Of a stretch of DNA of 20,000 nt, positions 15,871 through 20,000 are shown one piece after another. Made by a program: the position numbers and the translations under genes. Positions within the stretch are counted from its first letter, which is position 1. Each line of letters opens with the position of its first letter. The DNA comes from an uncultured virus (IMG/VR IMGVR_UViG_3300037487_002113) (taxonomy: Duplodnaviria > Heunggongvirae > Uroviricota > Caudoviricetes). The notes under the pieces were generated by a model. The model made no database searches and was not told where the DNA came from. It saw only the letters and a list, made by a program, of their open reading frames with translations. The stretch lies in the IMG/VR virus record IMGVR_UViG_3300037487_002113. One strand, given 5' to 3'.

Positions 15871-15900
15871 TTGACGCCGGTGGTCATATTGATTATACAG
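15871..15900. promoter_or_regulatory. AT-rich promoter region
   Basis: Plus strand: TTGACG-N17-TATACA. It overlaps a perfect TATAAT on the minus strand (15892-15897). Confidence 0.55.
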
Positions 15901-15967
15901 CGTTCATGCATCGAACGTCTGACGCTGGGGTTGCGCGGTGGCCGGAAGTCGCGCTAGGAACGCCGGC

Positions 15968-16558
15968 ATGAAACACCAATCAATGGTCTGTGCGCTCGGG
16001 GCGGTCGTGGCTCTGGCGTTGGTGGTGGCGATTCCTACGGCGCGTGCGGGCGTCTGGGATGAGGCCACGAGGATGCTGCTGGTGAAGGTGCTGGTCGGCG
16101 AGGCGGGTTACAACCTGGTCCCTGACGACCCGGCGATTCTCGCCGTCCTGGCGAAGCGGAACGAGCTTCCGGCCTGGCGCGGCAAGGGCATCGCTGAGCT
16201 GGCGCAGGCGTACTCGGCGGTCGTGCGTGAGGGGCTGCCTCCGAACGCCAACCGTGTGCGCGCGGCGCGTGTGACGAGAGAGACGGCGCCGGAGGCCATC
16301 ATGCAGCTGGTGGACGCCGTCGGTGACGGGGCGCCGCTCGCGCCGTGCCGTAGGCCGTGGGAGCCGGGGATGCTCTGCGACCCGTGCCGCGGCCAGGCCA
16401 TGCACTGGGGCAGCGTCCACGACTCGCGCAACAGTCCGCTGCCGAGGGTTCAGTGCGGGCGGACCCACAACGTGTTCCTGGGCGAGGTGCAGCCGGTGCA
16501 TCTGCGTCCCAGGGCGATTCCGGTCAACGGGGTGATCCCCGGAAGGATGGCGCACTGA
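15968..16558 (+). CDS. Secreted protein, distant SleB/Hydrolase_2-like cell-wall hydrolase
   Basis: Signal peptide ending in ARA. LLVKVLVGEAG catalytic-like helix, DP..G.AMHW and terminal HNVF. Confidence 0.5.
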   Translation: MKHQSMVCALGAVVALALVVAIPTARAGVWDEATRMLLVKVLVGEAGYNLVPDDPAILAVLAKRNELPAWRGKGIAELAQAYSAVVREGLPPNANRVRAARVTRETAPEAIMQLVDAVGDGAPLAPCRRPWEPGMLCDPCRGQAMHWGSVHDSRNSPLPRVQCGRTHNVFLGEVQPVHLRPRAIPVNGVIPGRMAH

Positions 16559-16749
16559 TGACAGACGAAGGCAGCAAGAAGGCGAAGGGTCGGTTCCTCT
16601 CGTTCGCGGTGGACCCGGAGATCGCACAGCGCATCAAGGAGGTAGCGAAGGCCGACGGGCTTTCGGCCTCTGCCTGGGTGCGGTCGCTGATCATCCGCAC
16701 GCTCGCGAAGCAGGACGCCGCAAAACGAGGCGACACCAGCGTGCCATGA
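16558..16749 (+). CDS. Ribbon-helix-helix (CopG-like) DNA-binding protein
   Basis: FLSFAVDPEIAQRIKEVAKADGLSASAWVRSLI. TGATG coupling. Confidence 0.75.
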   Translation: MTDEGSKKAKGRFLSFAVDPEIAQRIKEVAKADGLSASAWVRSLIIRTLAKQDAAKRGDTSVP

Positions 16750-16952
16750 CCGTCTACTGCGCATGCGGGCATACGCGCACGCAGCATCGTGCGCCCGCCG
16801 CCGGGGAGCCGCTTCGATGCGCGCACCGGGACGGCTGGTGCACGTGCGACGAGTACGTCCCCATGCGCTCGTTCAGCCGGATGTGGCAGGATGAGCTGTA
16901 TCCAGAGGAGCTGCGCGAAATGCAGCGGCAGCTCCGCGTAGACAAGACGTAG
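16746..16952 (+). CDS. Small Cys/His-rich hypothetical protein
   Basis: CACGH...H...C.....CTC. ATGA overlap. Confidence 0.65.
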   Translation: MTVYCACGHTRTQHRAPAAGEPLRCAHRDGWCTCDEYVPMRSFSRMWQDELYPEELREMQRQLRVDKT

Positions 16953-16974
16953 GCGGCGGTCATCAGGGGGACAC

Positions 16975-17235
16975 ATGACAGAGGAAGAAGCCGTCACAGC
17001 CCGATCCGTATACCTGGAGGCCGCACGCGAGGAAATGGATGACTGCATCGCGCTGGCCGTCTCAGCGGCCATCTCTGCGCGTGTCGTCGTAGAGTTTCTA
17101 TGGGCTGCATGGAAGGCTGGCAAGGTGGTGGCGAAGATCGGACCGATGCCCGCTCCAAGGCCAGAGGTCGCCGAGCGGATGGGCGTCAGGTTTGGACTGC
17201 CGATCGATTCACAGAAGAAGGCTACAAAGACATGA
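16975..17235 (+). CDS. Hypothetical protein
   Basis: aggggg RBS. Fits the operon tiling. Confidence 0.55.
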   Translation: MTEEEAVTARSVYLEAAREEMDDCIALAVSAAISARVVVEFLWAAWKAGKVVAKIGPMPAPRPEVAERMGVRFGLPIDSQKKATKT

Positions 17236-17477
17236 CAAGAGACGAGCTGAAAGCAGAAATCTCCGCCGACCACATGGCGCCTGACCACAAGGAGGTCGCC
17301 AGGCAGGTCTACGTGTACGCTGCCATCGACGCGCTCTACGATCGCCTCGCCGCGACCGAGGCGTGCGTCTCGGCAGCAGACGCCTTACGCAACGAGGTGC
17401 ACGCGCGCGTCGCGTGCTGCATGACGTGCGTTGCGGCGCTCTCGTACGATGCGGTCAGGGCGAAGGTGGCCGCATGA
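17232..17477 (+). CDS. Hypothetical protein
   Basis: ATGA overlaps at both ends (MTRDELKAE...). Confidence 0.6.
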   Translation: MTRDELKAEISADHMAPDHKEVARQVYVYAAIDALYDRLAATEACVSAADALRNEVHARVACCMTCVAALSYDAVRAKVAA

Positions 17478-18055
17478 CTACGGACGACGACCGCGCCGTG
17501 TTGATTGCGCAGATCCATGACGGTCGCACCGCGCTCGATGCGGCGCGCGATGAGATCGCGCAGCTGACGCGAGATCGCGACCTGGCGTTTATTCGCCTAC
17601 AGACGCTCTACCGCGCCCTGGACTCGTCCGGGGGAGACATCCTGTCCGACGAGGCGCTGGAGTATGCGCTCGGGCAGATCGTACGGCTGCGCGCCAACGC
17701 CCGAGTGCTCGAAGACGCGATCGCGGTCGCGGGTGGTATGCGAGGGGCGCCGAAGGTGGCCGCCGCCTCGATGGGGCACCTCGCCGAGCGCGCCGCGCTC
17801 TGCCCGAACGGCTCCGCCATCGTGGATGAGTGCATCACGCTCGCGGCGATGCTGGTCGAGAAAAACATCGCGTATGCTGACTCCGCGCTGAACCCTCTGA
17901 GAGTGTTTGCCAAAGACATCGACGCCAAGGCGCAGATCTTGGTGCGCCTCGACGACAAGCTCTCACGCATCGCTCGCGGCTCCGCAGCAGGCGAGGACGT
18001 CATCCTCGATCTGCTCGGCTACCTCATCCTCTACCGCATCGCGAGCGCGAAATGA
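17474..18055 (+). CDS. Coiled-coil plus DUF1599/Nmad1-like (all-alpha NTP pyrophosphatase-like) domain protein
   Basis: C-terminal LVEKNIAYADS...VRLDDKLSRI......EDVILDLLGYLIL. Confidence 0.7.
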   Translation: MTTDDDRAVLIAQIHDGRTALDAARDEIAQLTRDRDLAFIRLQTLYRALDSSGGDILSDEALEYALGQIVRLRANARVLEDAIAVAGGMRGAPKVAAASMGHLAERAALCPNGSAIVDECITLAAMLVEKNIAYADSALNPLRVFAKDIDAKAQILVRLDDKLSRIARGSAAGEDVILDLLGYLILYRIASAK

Positions 18056-18333
18056 TCGCACTCGAAGAGAAGAAGCTCGCGCTCGCCGACGAGAACCCTG
18101 ACGCGCTCTGGCCCGACGGCTTCGAGGGCGCGTACATCGGCCCGGCGCGCAGGTGCGGCCAGCCGACTCTCGGTGCGTTCTCGTACTCGAAGGCCGTCGC
18201 CATCCTGATGGAGCGTGACGGCATGGAGTGCGAGGAGGCGATCGAGTGGATGGAGTTCAACGTCGTCGGGGCGTGGATGGGGGAGCACACGCCGATCTGG
18301 ATCATGGACGGCGGCGATGGAGGCGACTGGTGA
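18052..18333 (+). CDS. Conserved phage hypothetical protein
   Basis: The pattern DGFEGAYIG...YS.....LMERDGM..EEAIEWMEFNV.GAW.GE.TP is recognised from uncharacterised phage proteins. Confidence 0.7.
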   Translation: MIALEEKKLALADENPDALWPDGFEGAYIGPARRCGQPTLGAFSYSKAVAILMERDGMECEEAIEWMEFNVVGAWMGEHTPIWIMDGGDGGDW

Positions 18334-18527
18334 AGTACCCCAACGAGTGCATCTGCCCCATCCTTGTGAGCGCAGAAGACTACGCACCGCCCGGCCGCTG
18401 TCTCAACTTCTGCGACGGAGACGTCTGCCCGCGGCATGGCGATGTGAGCGCACCGCTCGCGCTCTATCGCGAGACGGGCAAGCTCACTGACGAACGAGAC
18501 CTCTCACCAAGAAAGACGACGCGATGA
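18330..18527 (+). CDS. Small Cys-rich hypothetical protein
   Basis: GTGA overlap and ggagg RBS. CIC...C...C....CPRHG. Confidence 0.6.
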   Translation: MKYPNECICPILVSAEDYAPPGRCLNFCDGDVCPRHGDVSAPLALYRETGKLTDERDLSPRKTTR

Positions 18528-18808
18528 GAACACACACCCTGAAGACCCTGCCATCGTTCTACGCCGCCATCATCGACGGCAGCAAGACGTTCGAGGTGCG
18601 CAACAACGACCGCGACTTCGCGGTGGGCGACAAGCTCGTCCTGCGCGAGATAGAGCCCAGTGAGTACGGAGGCAGCGGCATTCTCACGGACCGCGAGGCG
18701 ACCTGTCTCGTGACCTACGTGCTGCACGGCGGGCGCTTCGGGATCGCGGAGCACATGGTCGTGATGGGCATCAAGCTGCTCGAACAGAGCAAGCGGGAGC
18801 ACCTCTGA
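18524..18808 (+). CDS. DUF3850 (ASCH/PUA-like) protein
   Basis: HTLKT.P.FY.AIIDGSKTFEVRNNDRDFAVGD.LVLRE. Confidence 0.88.
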   Translation: MRTHTLKTLPSFYAAIIDGSKTFEVRNNDRDFAVGDKLVLREIEPSEYGGSGILTDREATCLVTYVLHGGRFGIAEHMVVMGIKLLEQSKREHL

Positions 18809-18828
18809 TGGCCAGGGTCAAGCACGCG

Positions 18829-18837
18829 TGATACCTT
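18829..18837 (+). promoter_or_regulatory. Extended -10 element, probable leaderless start
   Basis: TG-a-TACCTT-ccggccc-ATG(18845). Confidence 0.5.
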
Positions 18838-18844
18838 CCGGCCC

Positions 18845-19336
18845 ATGTCCTACTCGCGCTCGCTCGGCGTCATCCAGCTTCCCGCGTACGCTCGTGCTCA
18901 CACTGGATTGCCGTCGGCTCCGCCGCCCACGGCGCGCACGAGCTACAGCGCGCAGGCTGGCACCGTGCGCGCCGCAGCTCCGACCGCGACGACGAGCCAG
19001 CGCGCGCAGGCCGGTACCGTGCGCGCCGTAGCTCCGACTACCGCGTCGTACGCGCGGCAGAGCGCAGAAGGCACCGCGTACCCGACGTTCACCATCGCCT
19101 CGACCTCCCGCCAGGATGCCGGGACGAACTACCGCCGCGTGACGCCAGTGCTCGTCCGGCCGCCCAGCCCGTGGAGCCCAGCGCCGCGGCCGTACCTGCC
19201 GGTAGGCCGTCCGCCCGGCGCGCTCTCGCTCCCGCGCCTGCCGCACTTGCCTCCCGTCCCGCATCTCGCGTGGCCCGGATACGCGCCGCCTCCGGAACAC
19301 ACGAGGCGCGCTCGCCACCGCCGGCCGCGTCGCTGA
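18845..19336 (+). CDS. Low-complexity Pro/Arg/Thr/Ala-rich basic protein
   Basis: Duplicated AQAGTVRA(A/V)APT, a Pro-rich C-half and an Arg-rich end. Confidence 0.5.
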   Translation: MSYSRSLGVIQLPAYARAHTGLPSAPPPTARTSYSAQAGTVRAAAPTATTSQRAQAGTVRAVAPTTASYARQSAEGTAYPTFTIASTSRQDAGTNYRRVTPVLVRPPSPWSPAPRPYLPVGRPPGALSLPRLPHLPPVPHLAWPGYAPPPEHTRRARHRRPRR

Positions 19337-19343
19337 GGTCCCC

Positions 19344-19472
19344 ATGAAGCCGGTACTCATCAAGTGCGGGTGGGCTGCGTTCTGGGCTGTGGCCTGGACG
19401 TGCGACATCGTCGCGGGCGCGGACGGAGCGTTTTTGGCGTACGCCAAGGAAGTGCGCGAAGGGCGGCCGTAG
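19344..19472 (+). CDS. 42-aa hydrophobic microprotein (not in the ORF track)
   Basis: MKPVLIKCGWAAFWAVAWTCDIVAGADGAFLAYAKEVREGRP*. gagg RBS. Fills the gap between its neighbours. Confidence 0.45.
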   Translation: MKPVLIKCGWAAFWAVAWTCDIVAGADGAFLAYAKEVREGRP

Positions 19473-19473
19473 C

Positions 19474-20000
19474 ATGGCCGCGAGGACCAGCAGGCGGCGC
19501 GCAGCTCCCATGCGCCGGAACCCGATGGAGTACGTGCTCGGCGTCTCGCCGCTCGACTACCGCCCCATCGGATGGGACCCAGGCGTCATCAAGCGAATGT
19601 CGCTCGTCGACCCCGACGCGCCGCCGGCCCCGAAGGGCGAGTTCGGCTTCGCGACCACGCACCAGATGGAGTACACGAATCCGGTGACGGGGCGGCGGTG
19701 GAAGAAGCCGAGGCGGCTGGAGATCTTAGCGCCACCCGCTGGCACCATCGCGTTCCTCGACTACGCCATCATCGGCGACCCCAGCACGTCAGACCACGCG
19801 CACGCGTTCATCCCGTACATGAAAGTGCGGTTCGACTACCAGCGCAGGGGCCTCGCTCGGCAGCTCGTTGAGCGCTTCGCGGAGGACTGCCTGCGCGTCG
19901 GCGTCAAGCACCTCAACTTCGGCAAGGTGCTGAACGAGACGATGTGGCGCATCTTCGAGGAGCGCAAGCGCGCTCACGAGGAGGGCAAGAGCCCGATGTA
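19474..20000 (+). CDS. GNAT-family acetyltransferase-like protein with basic N-terminal tag (3' truncated; not in the ORF track)
   Basis: Open frame from ATG 19474 to the window end: MAARTSRRRAAPMRRNPMEYV...IAFLDY...FIPYMKVRFDYQRRGLARQLVE. QRRGLA is the acetyl-CoA-binding motif A. Confidence 0.75.
   Translation, partial: MAARTSRRRAAPMRRNPMEYVLGVSPLDYRPIGWDPGVIKRMSLVDPDAPPAPKGEFGFATTHQMEYTNPVTGRRWKKPRRLEILAPPAGTIAFLDYAIIGDPSTSDHAHAFIPYMKVRFDYQRRGLARQLVERFAEDCLRVGVKHLNFGKVLNETMWRIFEERKRAHEEGKSPM

Noticed and set aside
15879..15903. dif-like Xer site (ggtggtcatat-tga-ttatacagcg)
   Set aside because: The spacer is 3 bp rather than 6 bp and the right arm does not match the XerD box. Promoter elements explain the sequence better.
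15277..15957. 226-aa and 178-aa ORFs spanning the tRNA
   Set aside because: They run across a canonical tRNA and a promoter region and have no protein-like features.
16558..16952. RHH plus downstream small gene as a type II toxin-antitoxin pair
   Set aside because: The downstream 68-aa Cys-rich protein shows no recognisable toxin motif (PIN, RelE/ParE, MazF).

Overview
High-GC, densely packed, phage-like window with no host housekeeping genes, probably part of a large bacteriophage genome or large prophage. From left to right it holds: a tail-fibre-like repeat protein; a putative lysis cluster (lipoprotein, TM/coiled-coil protein, holin-like protein, Amidase_2 endolysin); a beta-helix protein; an M23 peptidase; a sigma-70 family (FliA/WhiG-like) factor; a CX5R phosphatase; a three-domain ART-like/DUF5661/HExxH protein; a SleB-like hydrolase; two tandem paralogues made of variable 20-aa LRR-like repeats fused to an ART-PolyVal-like domain; an SGNH esterase; a XerC/D-like tyrosine recombinase; tRNA-Arg(CCT); a run of small phage accessory genes; and a truncated GNAT gene missing from the ORF track. 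Four patterns stand out. (1) Unrelated modifying enzymes carry a shared basic 'K/R-T-S-R/K-R' tag joined by an (R/K)NP junction, a candidate cleavable virion-packaging signal. (2) The variable repeat-ART paralogues share one identical repeat unit. (3) Three cell-envelope enzymes lack signal peptides but have C-terminal membrane anchors. (4) Several genes have extended -10 motifs 6-7 nt upstream of ATG, suggesting leaderless transcripts. All family calls come from motif recognition by eye; no database searches were run.
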